This document shows, piece after piece, positions 55,222-64,000 of a DNA stretch of 64,000 nucleotides; position 1 is the first letter of the stretch; each line of letters starts with the position of its first letter. Source of the DNA: an uncultured virus (IMG/VR IMGVR_UViG_3300025786_000100). Taxonomy: Duplodnaviria; Heunggongvirae; Uroviricota; Caudoviricetes. The stretch lies in the IMG/VR virus record IMGVR_UViG_3300025786_000100; one strand, given 5' to 3'. The notes below the pieces were generated by a model. The model was not told the DNA's origin. It searched no databases and worked only from the letters and a program-made list of their open reading frames with translations. The translations under genes were made by a program, and so were the position numbers.

Positions 55222-55566
55222 ATGGGCGAAGGACTCGCAGAGTTCCTGAAAAAGAAGAGAACGGAGCTGGGGTACTCCCTCAAGGACGCCGCCAAATCGA
55301 CCGGCATCCAGGAGGCGTACATCTGGCAGCTTGAGAACGGCAAGCGCAAGCAGCCCCGCCCCGATACGTTGAAGCAGCTCGCAAAGGGCTACGGTGTCCC
55401 TCTTGAGACGCTGTTCAACTGCGCCGGGTATACCGAAGCGCCGGCCGACCCGAAGAAGGAAGCAGAGGCCGAGACCAAGCTGATGTTCCGGGATTACGAA
55501 AAGCTCCCGGAGGACAAAAAAAAGTTGTTCCAAATCCTCCTGAAGGGGCTTAAATCCGACAAGTAG
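55222..55566 (+). CDS. CI/ImmR-like XRE repressor
   Basis: SLKDAAKSTGIQEAYIWQLENG. Confidence 0.88.
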   Translation: MGEGLAEFLKKKRTELGYSLKDAAKSTGIQEAYIWQLENGKRKQPRPDTLKQLAKGYGVPLETLFNCAGYTEAPADPKKEAEAETKLMFRDYEKLPEDKKKLFQILLKGLKSDK

Positions 55567-55574
55567 ACCCCCGC

Positions 55575-56555
55575 ATGGCCATCAAATTCGAGAACTGCAT
55601 GGGCAGCCAACCGCTGACCTACGTCCGGGAAGTCCTTTCCCACTTCGATTTCAAGAAGCCTCCCATCCCCGTGGAGGAAATCTCGGATTTCATTGGTCTC
55701 AAGATCAAGACGGTCCCGAACCCGAAACCAAACTCAGCGGAGGCGCACGAACTCTTGACGAGGGTTCCCTGCTGGCTAGACCGCGAGAAGCACGAGATTC
55801 AGCTTTATGAGCGCTGTCCTCGAAAGCGCAAGAGGCTCGGAATCGCCCACGAAAATAACCACTACATCATCCCGTACCACGAGGGGCTCAACCCGTTCTG
55901 CCCCGAGGCAGACGACCCGACGTGCCGCAAGCACACCGAGCAGGAGGCGTTTCTCGGCGGCGCGGCCATGATGTTCTACCCCAAGCTGTTCTTCCCGGAC
56001 GCTCTCAGCTTCGATCGCATTGGAATCGGTGCCGTCGAGAAGCTGTCCGACCGCTACGACGGCTCGATCGAGGCGACGGCGAACTGGTATATCCGGACGC
56101 ATCCAAAGATCTGCGCGGTCGTCATCGCCCAGCCGTTCCAAAGAAAGGCCGTCCAGAACGGGGACCCCGGGACCATGAAGCTCGGCCTGGACCTGAGGCA
56201 CTCAAAGCGGGTGAAGAACCCAACGCCGCTCGCCCGTCTGCCGCGCAAGTTCGCCGACTACGGGATGAATTACCCGCTCGAGGTGAAGTATGCCATCCGT
56301 TCACATCGCTTCCCGAAGTGGATTAGGTCGGGCGTCGGCATTCCGGAGACCAGTCTCATCAACCAGTGCTATCAGGCTGACGTGCGCATGAGCGGTGAGG
56401 TACCCGCAGGGGACCTCGGCTCACGGTCCCCTTTCTCCTACACCGCCGAGTGCCTGCCGTTCGGGGTCAACGGGTCCCGGTCCGTGATGGTCATCCTCAC
56501 GCTGCCCGACAAGCAGCAGAACTTCGGCTTTCTCACGCCGACGCTGGGCTGGTGA
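55575..56555 (+). CDS. ImmA/IrrE-family metallopeptidase
   Basis: PPIPVE, IAHENNH (HExxH), EQEA..GA..MFYP. Confidence 0.85.
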   Translation: MAIKFENCMGSQPLTYVREVLSHFDFKKPPIPVEEISDFIGLKIKTVPNPKPNSAEAHELLTRVPCWLDREKHEIQLYERCPRKRKRLGIAHENNHYIIPYHEGLNPFCPEADDPTCRKHTEQEAFLGGAAMMFYPKLFFPDALSFDRIGIGAVEKLSDRYDGSIEATANWYIRTHPKICAVVIAQPFQRKAVQNGDPGTMKLGLDLRHSKRVKNPTPLARLPRKFADYGMNYPLEVKYAIRSHRFPKWIRSGVGIPETSLINQCYQADVRMSGEVPAGDLGSRSPFSYTAECLPFGVNGSRSVMVILTLPDKQQNFGFLTPTLGW

Positions 56556-56562
56556 TGCGGCC

Positions 56563-56976
56563 ATGGTGGTTACCGTCCAATGGAGCGACGTCGGCCGCGA
56601 TCTCGACCTCTGGGACCTTTCCCGCGGGCTCTACTCCTATCTGACGACCGACGCCGCGGAAATCCTTTACATAGGTGAGGTCGACGGGACGACCGTCCGC
56701 GGGCGCTGGAACCGTTCCGGGAAGGAAGGGTTTTGGGGCGATCTTGAGGAGCGGGGTATCGGCGAGCACGTCGTGTTGGTCGGGGAAGTCCTGCTCGATG
56801 CGGGTTCGCGCCTGACGCGGGAGTTTCTGGCCGACGTCGAGAGCCTGCTCATCAAACGCATCGTTCCGTGGGGCAACATCCAAAGCACGCGCACACGGAT
56901 CTCACGGCCCGGACTGCGCGTCCGCTGTGAGGGCGACTGGCCATTGCAGAAGCGGGAATTTCTGGACATCGGATAG
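56563..56976 (+). CDS. GIY-YIG-like protein
   Basis: GLYSY...ILYIG...VRGRW...VESLLI...GN. Confidence 0.55.
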   Translation: MVVTVQWSDVGRDLDLWDLSRGLYSYLTTDAAEILYIGEVDGTTVRGRWNRSGKEGFWGDLEERGIGEHVVLVGEVLLDAGSRLTREFLADVESLLIKRIVPWGNIQSTRTRISRPGLRVRCEGDWPLQKREFLDIG

Positions 56977-56988
56977 CACGAGGAGCGT

Positions 56989-57585
56989 ATGCCCGAGGAT
57001 AAGCCGAAGCGCGCGATCGTTTCCCAACCAGCTGCCGTATCCCTCGTATTCTCAGCCATAGAACTCTTCCAAATTCCAGGACTTGGGGATTCGTATGAGT
57101 CTTATGGTTATATTTTCGGGCATCGCGATTTTAATGCAGAGGTCGATACGCTGTATATTGACCACGCCCTCCCTCTCGTCTATGTTGCAGATCGGACGCG
57201 AAGAAGCGTTGCCCCATACCATGACTTCGAACAGTTGCGTGGGCGTCTTTGGACCCTTCAACATCCCATTCTTCATTCGACTTTATATGGGAGCAGAATG
57301 ATCGGATCCTATCATTCACATCCTGTCAGCGGCCAGGCGGCACTGTCCGATGCCGATCGCGATGCGATTCGCCCGAACAATATCGGCGCGGTCGTCGGCG
57401 TCTCGCGCCCGACCGAGGGAGGGGAAGAGCCGCACTGGAGGCTCGAGAACAACGTCCTGAAGGGGCGACTAGATGTCGTCGATATTCAGATCGGCATATG
57501 GTACCGCGAGGGTCAAGAGATCGTGCAATATCAGCCGATCTGCCAGAGCCTGCTCGGTGCCGACGCCTACTGGGACATCGAGTGA
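56989..57585 (+). CDS. JAB/MPN (JAMM) metalloprotease domain protein
   Basis: ESYGYIFG ... IGSYHSHP...LSDAD. Confidence 0.8.
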   Translation: MPEDKPKRAIVSQPAAVSLVFSAIELFQIPGLGDSYESYGYIFGHRDFNAEVDTLYIDHALPLVYVADRTRRSVAPYHDFEQLRGRLWTLQHPILHSTLYGSRMIGSYHSHPVSGQAALSDADRDAIRPNNIGAVVGVSRPTEGGEEPHWRLENNVLKGRLDVVDIQIGIWYREGQEIVQYQPICQSLLGADAYWDIE

Positions 57586-58091
57586 GCCGTCGCGCGCCGA
57601 CGCCCGGTCGCTCGATTACCGATCCCGAAAGACTCGAACACTTGCCCGACCTCCGGACTGGAAAGGTCCACGTTCGCCAGAATCCAACGAAGGGCAACTG
57701 CCTGGCGGGTCTGAACTGTCAGATTGTCCCAACCGACGGCGTCAGTCGCCGTCGTATCCCGCAGCGCATTGCGCGCTTGAGCCTGGTGGCCTGGCGAGAG
57801 CCAGATCCTTCGCGCCGAGAACATGAAGCGCACGTCCGAATTGCCGGTCTTGCGACCCGCTGACTCGACCGCCTCCTTCAGCCATGCGGGAATGACGAGC
57901 TCCCGACCGGAGGAGACCGCGAGCGCCACGCGCATCGCGACCCTCCCCACCTGAACGACGACGGGCACATCGTAGCCGTCCTCGAACTCCTCGGACATCG
58001 CGGCCGGTACCGAAACGGTCGTCGTCAAGGTGCTGATCGGAATTGTGCGAATCTCATCGCCAAGAATTTCTCTGCTCACAGCGTCCTCCAT
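57567..58091 (-). CDS. Hypothetical protein
   Basis: ORF divergent from xis; start uncertain. Confidence 0.45.
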   Translation of the reverse strand: MEDAVSREILGDEIRTIPISTLTTTVSVPAAMSEEFEDGYDVPVVVQVGRVAMRVALAVSSGRELVIPAWLKEAVESAGRKTGNSDVRFMFSARRIWLSPGHQAQARNALRDTTATDAVGWDNLTVQTRQAVALRWILANVDLSSPEVGQVFESFGIGNRATGRRRATAHSMSQ

Positions 58092-58094
58092 AAC

Positions 58095-58121
58095 ATATCT
58101 TATGGATATTCTATAAGATAT
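58095..58121. promoter_or_regulatory. AT-rich palindrome (operator-like) upstream of xis
   Basis: ATATCTTAT-N9-ATAAGATAT. Confidence 0.5.
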
Positions 58122-58252
58122 ACTGTGGAATGGCAAGCTCCCGACGCCTCCCTGGGAATTGTAACGCCCTACCCGAAACCACCCGTTTATTGAGGAAGGA
58201 TGCCGGCCGCGCCAGTTCGGGCGCTTCCGACTTCCTTCGCGGGGGACAATGC

Positions 58253-58435
58253 ATGGAGGAAAAGCGCCTGTTGAGCGTCGACGAACTATCGGCCTACCTG
58301 AGCCTGCCCAAGTCTACGATCTATAGCTGGGTCAGCATGCGGCGAATACCCGGCGTGGTGCGGCTGGGTCGGGCGCTGCGCTTCGAGAAGCAGGCCATCG
58401 ACCGCTGGATCGACGCGGAAAAGACGCGGGCATGA
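58253..58435 (+). CDS. xis: Excisionase (HTH_17)
   Basis: LLSVDELSAYL.LPKSTIYSWV..RRIP..RLGRALRF. Confidence 0.85.
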   Translation: MEEKRLLSVDELSAYLSLPKSTIYSWVSMRRIPGVVRLGRALRFEKQAIDRWIDAEKTRA

Positions 58436-58552
58436 CCCGCGGCGGGGCCGCTCCCGAAGGCCGCGATTCGGGGCCGCTTCGCCGTCGAGAATCGCCTTGC
58501 TTTCCGGCGGGAGTCCTTGTACCTTCGTCACTGACCGACGAGAAGGTCGACG

Positions 58553-59644
58553 ATGCGAATCTATAGAAGGCACAAGGATCGCCCCGAGTGGCACATCGAT
58601 TTCCGCTACAAGGACGAGAACGGCCAGTGGAAGCGGCGCATCGAGGTCGTCGGGCCGAATAAGAAGCTGGCCGAGCAGGTGCTGCGCAAGCGCATGGGCG
58701 AGGTCGCCGAGGGGAAGTTTTTCCCGGAGCGCAAGAAGCGGCGCATCTCCTTCTCGGAGATGGCGGACCTCTACATGGAGCTTCACGGCAAGCACCAGCC
58801 GAGCGGCCATATCACGAACCACCACGTCCGGCGGCTCAAGAAGCATTTCGGCGCGAAGATGCTCGACAAGATCACGATTCCGGACGTCCTGCGCTACGTC
58901 AACGGCGTCAAGGAGCGCACCTCGGCCTCGACCGCCAACCGCCACCACGCGATCCTGCGGGCGATCTTCAACCGGGGCATCGAGTGGGAGAAGTTCGACG
59001 GCCCGAACCCCGCCGCCAAGGTCAAGCCCTTTCGCGTGGAGAACAGCCGCCTGCGCTTCTTGTCCAAAGAGGAGATCGGCAGCCTGCTGGAGTCCTGCTC
59101 GCCGCGCATCTATCCCTTGGTGGTCTGCGCGCTTCTGACGGGCATGCGGCGCGGCGAAATCCTGGGGCTCGCCTGGGAGAACGTGAACTTGGCGCAAGAC
59201 GTTCTCTATGTGCTAAAATCCAAGTCAGGGAAACCTAGGGAGATTCCGATCGCCCGCAAGTTGCGAGAGGTATTGGTGGCTCTAGGCCCGAAGAAGTCCG
59301 GGCGGCTCTTTGAAATTTCGGACATGACCCTCAGGCGGGATTTTCCCGTCGCGCTGAGGGCCGCAGGTATCGAGAATTTCAGGTTTCATGACCTGAGGCA
59401 TACGTTCGCGTCCCATTACGTGATGCGAACCAACGATTTGCCCGCCACGCAGAAGCTGCTCGGGCACCACAGCCCGGTCATGACCCAACGGTACGCCCAC
59501 CTATCCACGGGGCACTTGAAGGTCGGAATCGAGCTCCTGGATACGGGATTGGATACGAATTGGATACACGGGCCTAAATCGGCCCAGGGCGAAACCGAGA
59601 AACCTAAAGATTTACAACCAAACGCGGGCGTGGTTCAATGGTAG
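58553..59644 (+). CDS. int: Phage tyrosine integrase
   Basis: TGMRRGEI, KSGK, FHDLRHTFAS, LLGH, TQRYAH; stop codon inside tRNA. Confidence 0.95.
   Translation: MRIYRRHKDRPEWHIDFRYKDENGQWKRRIEVVGPNKKLAEQVLRKRMGEVAEGKFFPERKKRRISFSEMADLYMELHGKHQPSGHITNHHVRRLKKHFGAKMLDKITIPDVLRYVNGVKERTSASTANRHHAILRAIFNRGIEWEKFDGPNPAAKVKPFRVENSRLRFLSKEEIGSLLESCSPRIYPLVVCALLTGMRRGEILGLAWENVNLAQDVLYVLKSKSGKPREIPIARKLREVLVALGPKKSGRLFEISDMTLRRDFPVALRAAGIENFRFHDLRHTFASHYVMRTNDLPATQKLLGHHSPVMTQRYAHLSTGHLKVGIELLDTGLDTNWIHGPKSAQGETEKPKDLQPNAGVVQW
59538..59570 (+). repeat. Three TGGATAC arm-type repeats
   Basis: TGGATAC-GGGAT-TGGATAC-GAAT-TGGATAC. Confidence 0.7.
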
Positions 59645-59697
59645 AACGCTACCTTGCCAAGGTAGAGACGGCGGTTCGATTCCGCTCGCCCGCTCCA
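59624..59697 (+). tRNA. tRNA-Gly (GCC), with encoded CCA; overlaps attR core 59622-59660
   Basis: Cloverleaf: GCGGGCG/CGCCCGC acceptor stem, CTACC-TTGCCAA-GGTAG anticodon arm, TTCGATT T-loop. Confidence 0.97.
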
Positions 59698-59718
59698 ATT
59701 TCCAAGTAGTTCGAATCG

Positions 59719-59759
59719 CGCCGGAGCCCGCAATCGTAGCGGCTTTGGCGTTTTCTTTT
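59719..59759 (+). terminator. Intrinsic terminator after tRNA
   Basis: CGCCGGAGCC...GGCTTTGGCG + TTTTCTTTT. Confidence 0.65.
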
Positions 59760-59952
59760 CTCCGTCGAGGATTGGGAAAAGTGGCGAGGAAGTCGGGGCT
59801 TCTTGGGTGGCGCGAAAGGTGCGCACTCGGCTAAATCGGGCCCCGAATTAGCTCCGCAACGCTTGGATCGTGTCCAAGAGCCATGTCCCTCCGTGGCCCT
59901 CCATGACCCCCGATATCCCGGGGCTTGTTAGCAAAAGTGTTAGCAGGAATTC

Positions 59953-61092
59953 TTAGGGATGCTCGATAATTTCCTGGACGGTCGGTGCCCAAACCATCGC
60001 CATTCCATCACTCAATACAGAGCGAATGTACGGGCCTTGGGTAGAGCACTCGTCCTCAAAGGCCAATTCGGAGATTTTGTCCAGTGAGCCGCTAATGATT
60101 GAATCATGGATCTGCGAGTCCAAACCCCAGAAGAACACACCGGCCTTCGGAATCTCCGTCTTTCCAAACAGATGTGCGGGCCAATGGGCACCATCAAAAA
60201 TGGTCCCATTGAAACGCCGTTGACCAATCCGAAAAGAAACACGTTTCGACAAACCACCCCGGCGAACATTGACCCCGCCTTTTAGGTAGGCATCCCAAGT
60301 CTGATCCCCACCCCTGATGAGGCCCATCAGGCTATTGGCGACTTCTCGAAATCCTTGGATTGAAAAGACACGAAGATAGTGCTGCAACAAAAAGCGGTAG
60401 CCAAAGTATTTGTCAGGATTTGATCCCGGGCCTTCCGGATCGCAGACAAGAATATCCGTTGCCCTGCTGTTTGGCGTACTTCTGGGAGCGAAAAGCACGC
60501 CCATTGCGTGGCGATAGTCTCGCCAACTCCTGAGTTTGTCGCGGATGCCCTGATGGGCTGCAGGCCAGCCCACCCGGTCAAAGCGCCCTCGGACCTCGAG
60601 CTTTAGCGCTCCCGGGGACAGATTCGGTGCCATGAAATCAACTTGGCCCATCCCTGTCGACTTCCACAAAGAAAGCCGAATGCCATAGACGCGCTTCGCC
60701 ACCAGTAGCCCCACGCCGGTCCCGAGCAATTCTGTAACCAGCCCCTTGAGCCTTGCCAACTTGGGATTGTCGAGCACCAACCTATATGGGGGGCCGCCTC
60801 TGGGGATCTCTGCGCGCGGATTCCAGGCAGAGAGAATCAACCAGCACAAACTGGCACGGACGCGCATCTCGCCCACGCCAAAGGGATCGATCGTGGAATT
60901 GATGAAGTGATGCGCGGCGTGCGTGACAATGGAGGAAATCTTCAGCGTTATCCCATTGGCCTGGAGATCTGACAATGCCGCCCGAATCGCCGCGTTCGTA
61001 GGCGTGCAATCGCGCTGGTCTACCTCAACTCGGAAATGAACTTCATCGTTGGGTAAGGGGGTGGCAGCCAGAGGGACTATCGGAGTGGGCAT
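59953..61092 (-). CDS. Hypothetical protein, possible PD-(D/E)xK-fold nuclease
   Basis: TELLG...VDF...KLEVRG; 379 aa ORF. Confidence 0.5.
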   Translation of the reverse strand: MPTPIVPLAATPLPNDEVHFRVEVDQRDCTPTNAAIRAALSDLQANGITLKISSIVTHAAHHFINSTIDPFGVGEMRVRASLCWLILSAWNPRAEIPRGGPPYRLVLDNPKLARLKGLVTELLGTGVGLLVAKRVYGIRLSLWKSTGMGQVDFMAPNLSPGALKLEVRGRFDRVGWPAAHQGIRDKLRSWRDYRHAMGVLFAPRSTPNSRATDILVCDPEGPGSNPDKYFGYRFLLQHYLRVFSIQGFREVANSLMGLIRGGDQTWDAYLKGGVNVRRGGLSKRVSFRIGQRRFNGTIFDGAHWPAHLFGKTEIPKAGVFFWGLDSQIHDSIISGSLDKISELAFEDECSTQGPYIRSVLSDGMAMVWAPTVQEIIEHP

Positions 61093-61128
61093 TGTGCTAT
61101 TTTCGACAGAACCCAGCAGACATCCGGC

Positions 61129-62997
61129 TTAGATTGCCTGACTGGCGGCCGCGGCCGACGAGTCGCTCGCAATCTGGCTGATGTCCCAAACCTCTTTGGT
61201 CAGATTGATGAGCAGCCCTTGACGCCTGTCAATGTTCGCAGCCGTCCATTCGGTGAAGGACTCCAACTTGCTGTTGATTCTCGTGATCGAGCTGTTGTTC
61301 CCAACGGAAGCCAGCCCGGCGATACTACTGGTAAGGTAATTCTTGCACTTGGCGTACTCGGCCTTTTTGAGTGCAAAGAAGTTGTTGCTGGCCACGATGT
61401 TAATCGGCTTTTCGAGTAGGGTCAAATTTCCCAGCTTGATCTTATACTCTTCGTACTCCGCTTTTGGGTTCTTCTCGGCGAAGTCAGCGCGCAGGTCCGG
61501 CTTGGGATTATTTGGCAGGATGTGTTCGATTTCGAGCACGGTATAGTCTCGAAGCGCGCCCGGTTCCCGAAGCCCCTTATAGGCCATATCGACATGCTGT
61601 GCCAACTTCGCAAGAAGATAGCGCGTCCGGTACTGCTGCATCGAATATAGCGTGTAGCGCTTCAGCGCATCGGACAACTCTCCATCCTTCGCTGACATAT
61701 TCTTTTTGAAGCGTTCCGCGATGAATGCATTAAGCTTGTCTGCTTGGGTCTGTGGATCAGGAATCCCCACGATTGCCCGAAGCTCATCTGCCCAAGTCGA
61801 AAAATTCCTCTCCAGGTCTTTCGTCGGTGTCTTCGTGAAGATGTAGTAGAACAGGAAACTCTCGAGCTGCCGGACGAGATGGTCGAATAGATGCTTGGGA
61901 AGGCTGCTGGCGGCCAGCAGGAGCACATAGTGCAGGCTGAAAGCTCCGCCGCAAAGCAATTTCAGACTACTCATCGCGATGCTAGACTTCTTATCATTGC
62001 CCAGGCCATCAGAAAACGCGATGTAGTTTTCGACGTTCTGGATGACTTTGCGTACAAACTCGAATGGTTTCTCCGAGTAGTTGCAGAGTTTGGCATTTGC
62101 CTTGTTTACGAACCAGTTGTAAATCTCATCCTCGCGAACGACCGCGTCTCCCCGGGAGCTCTGGATCTTGTAATTAGCCATCAAGAAATAGCGGAGGAAG
62201 CGGAGCGGCTTCTCTTTGTTGACCTCGAGGGGCTTGGTTATCTTCTTCCATTCATTCTTCAGGCGCGTAAACTCGTCCATCCGTACATGCGTGAAGAGCA
62301 GGTTCTTCAGAAGATCCATCGGGTTCAGCCCAACGCCTCGTTCATTTATGGTTTCAAAGATCTTCAGGGCGCTGCTGACATCCGTTGATATTTGGATGAA
62401 AACCACATTGTTGGCGAGATAACCCCAAAACTTCTTTAGCTTGGTCTTGTTGTCGTAGTTGTCGGAAAGATATCTGCAAAGAGTGCCATAGGCGTTAACC
62501 AGATTTTCAAGGGAGCCAAAGCTCGTTATCCCCGCTCCCTGGATGCCGTTTCGAGTCGACAGGGGATCTGCGTTCAATTCGACAATCTTCGCCATAACGT
62601 CGCCGGCATTCTCATATCTGGGTTCTAGCTTGAGGGTTGTCTGCGTTTCACCGGTGCCAGAGGTGTAGCTAGTCGAGATCAGCCCGCTGATCGTCTGAAC
62701 TTGGGGTTCTCCTTCAAAGAGATGCTTTAGCGCGCAGAGCAGGAGATAGAACGTGGTCAGACGTTGCTGGCCGTCAATGACGTCATAGTGGTTCTTCTGA
62801 TCCCTGGGCGAAACGAGAACCGTGCCGACGAAATATTCGCGGCTTGTCCCCTCATCGATCTGCTCGTTAATGTCGTCGAGGAGCTGCTGAATTTCTGTAT
62901 CCGTCCATACGTACTCGCGCTGGTAATCTGGAACAACATAGAAGCACTCACGGAATGCTTCTTCTACGCTGTATTTGTGGTTTTCAATTTTTGCCAT
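61129..62997 (-). CDS. DUF262-DUF1524 (GmrSD/SspE-like) nuclease
   Basis: PDYQREYVW, IDGQQRLTT, FETINERG, IEHILP, LGNLTLL. Confidence 0.9.
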   Translation of the reverse strand: MAKIENHKYSVEEAFRECFYVVPDYQREYVWTDTEIQQLLDDINEQIDEGTSREYFVGTVLVSPRDQKNHYDVIDGQQRLTTFYLLLCALKHLFEGEPQVQTISGLISTSYTSGTGETQTTLKLEPRYENAGDVMAKIVELNADPLSTRNGIQGAGITSFGSLENLVNAYGTLCRYLSDNYDNKTKLKKFWGYLANNVVFIQISTDVSSALKIFETINERGVGLNPMDLLKNLLFTHVRMDEFTRLKNEWKKITKPLEVNKEKPLRFLRYFLMANYKIQSSRGDAVVREDEIYNWFVNKANAKLCNYSEKPFEFVRKVIQNVENYIAFSDGLGNDKKSSIAMSSLKLLCGGAFSLHYVLLLAASSLPKHLFDHLVRQLESFLFYYIFTKTPTKDLERNFSTWADELRAIVGIPDPQTQADKLNAFIAERFKKNMSAKDGELSDALKRYTLYSMQQYRTRYLLAKLAQHVDMAYKGLREPGALRDYTVLEIEHILPNNPKPDLRADFAEKNPKAEYEEYKIKLGNLTLLEKPINIVASNNFFALKKAEYAKCKNYLTSSIAGLASVGNNSSITRINSKLESFTEWTAANIDRRQGLLINLTKEVWDISQIASDSSAAAASQAI

Positions 62998-63044
62998 GGA
63001 TGCCCTCTCCGCAGATCGTCCTCAGCGCCGACGGAATGCCGCGG

Positions 63045-63239
63045 TTACTTTGGTTGACAGAATGAGCACTCTTGAACAGGCAGGCCCGTCGTCGATGCAT
63101 ATGCCTTCGCGTCTGCCATAGAGTCGTGGTCCTTATATTCTCCCCGGCCCTCTCCGCCACGCTTGCGAAGCTGGTTGCAGTCTTGTCGATGAATGGCTAC
63201 GTGCGGGTTATGACGATTTTCGTAAGTGGTGAATGCCAC
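63045..63239 (-). CDS. Small Cys/His protein
   Basis: GGAGG RBS + GTG; IH..DC...CSFC. Confidence 0.55.
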   Translation of the reverse strand: MAFTTYENRHNPHVAIHRQDCNQLRKRGGEGRGEYKDHDSMADAKAYASTTGLPVQECSFCQPK

Positions 63240-63259
63240 TATTCCTCCAGTCGGTCGTG

Positions 63260-63502
63260 CTATTCGGGTGAAATGTCGGAGTCGAACATTTCCTTCGCCG
63301 CCTTGAAAATCGACTCCCCCACATAACGCATTTTATTCTTGGTCGCGCGAACAACGGGCTCGGTATCAATAAATCGCTGATCTTTCGTTACGACCCCGTT
63401 TTTCCATCCGCGTATTGAAATCCACGGAATTCGTCTTCCATCTTCACCCCGCTTCACGTCTACCATTACGTTCACTAAAATTGAGTACCGCTTCTTTGTC
63501 AT
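63260..63502 (-). CDS. Hypothetical protein
   Basis: 80 aa ORF co-oriented with neighbours. Confidence 0.45.
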   Translation of the reverse strand: MTKKRYSILVNVMVDVKRGEDGRRIPWISIRGWKNGVVTKDQRFIDTEPVVRATKNKMRYVGESIFKAAKEMFDSDISPE

Positions 63503-63702
63503 GATTGCGCTCTCTGGGCGTGATTCTCCCTTATCGGGACCACGGATTTCACTATTCTAGAAATTTGAGCGATGGCATCTTGAAGTGCTAAAATTAAGTG
63601 TCACCGTTAGTCGGTGGCTTCTGTATTTTGCCCCGGCCTGATCTAGGGCTAACAAAGTGCTAGAATAAATTTTTTTCGGGCAGGCGCTATTAGGATAGGG
63701 AT

Positions 63703-63993
63703 TTACGGAAGCACGTTCCGAGAAAGAAGAACGCGTTCATACTCGGCTTGATCCATTGGACACGCCAACAGATCGCAAGCTTCTCTGAATGTCAGGTTCC
63801 CTAGCTGGCGAGTCATTTTCCGAATTAGATCAGCGCCGTAATCTCTATAGCCCGTGCCGGTTGAAATCTTTGTTCGCACTCGAGTGCGGCGTCCCTGATA
63901 AATGAAATAGTAAAAGCGATGATCCCGGGCGTCTTGCTCAAACCCCTTCGAAGCTAGAGACCTTTCGATAGTATTACGCGGTATAGACCGCAT
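63703..63993 (-). CDS. HicA-like toxin
   Basis: SLASKGF...DHRFYY...TKIS.G...LIRKM..QL. Confidence 0.6.
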   Translation of the reverse strand: MRSIPRNTIERSLASKGFEQDARDHRFYYFIYQGRRTRVRTKISTGTGYRDYGADLIRKMTRQLGNLTFREACDLLACPMDQAEYERVLLSRNVLP

Positions 63994-64000
63994 CTTCGAC

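Larger units (their letters stand above)
71..59660. mobile_element. Integrated temperate prophage (siphovirus-like, ~59.6 kb) in tRNA-Gly
   Basis: 39-bp direct repeat at both ends. Integrase/xis at the right end. Full immunity, replication, packaging, head, tail (tube, TMP, no sheath) and lysis modules. Confidence 0.95.

Noticed and set aside
63606..63653. GTTAGTC...GGCTAAC as an attC site
   Set aside because: The boxes are in the wrong order for attC on either strand and there is no convincing stem
1..64000. CRISPR array or Cas locus (Cas4-like exonuclease at 52489-53337)
   Set aside because: No repeat-spacer array seen; the exonuclease sits in an ordinary phage recombination module

Overview
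Bases 71-59660 are an apparently complete ~59.6 kb temperate siphovirus-like prophage. It is integrated in a tRNA-Gly(GCC) gene and bounded by a 39-bp direct repeat (71-109 and 59622-59660). Unusually, the duplicated part is the 5' half of the tRNA, and the integrase stop codon lies inside the regenerated tRNA. From right to left the modules are: integrase/excisionase; CI/Cro/ImmA immunity with GIY-YIG-like and JAB cargo; Com-like and sigma-like regulators; recombination/replication (exonuclease, AAA_24 ATPase, DUF669-like, intein-containing SF2 helicase, RepB-primase/helicase, RusA); terminase; portal-MuF fusion with an HNH intein; tandem Dam methylase; protease/scaffold; capsid; FN3-type structural genes; connector; non-contractile tail; lysis; a DISARM-like defence cluster (SF1 helicase, drmA, drmB, drmC, convergent C5 methylase); a second XerD-like recombinase; small early-type genes; and an integron-type gene cassette. 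Highlights: a DUF559/Vsr-like endonuclease with its own RBS nested out of frame inside an intein; a DISARM variant with a UvrD-like helicase; two parallel 'small protein + direct repeat + hairpin' switches; a dif-like site; a hidden PHF5-like zinc microprotein; and three 1-bp frameshifts. To the right of the tRNA is what looks like the start of a second defence island (DUF262-DUF1524, nuclease-like, HicA-like). Family calls come from motif recognition by eye, not database searches. Host taxonomy cannot be determined from this window.
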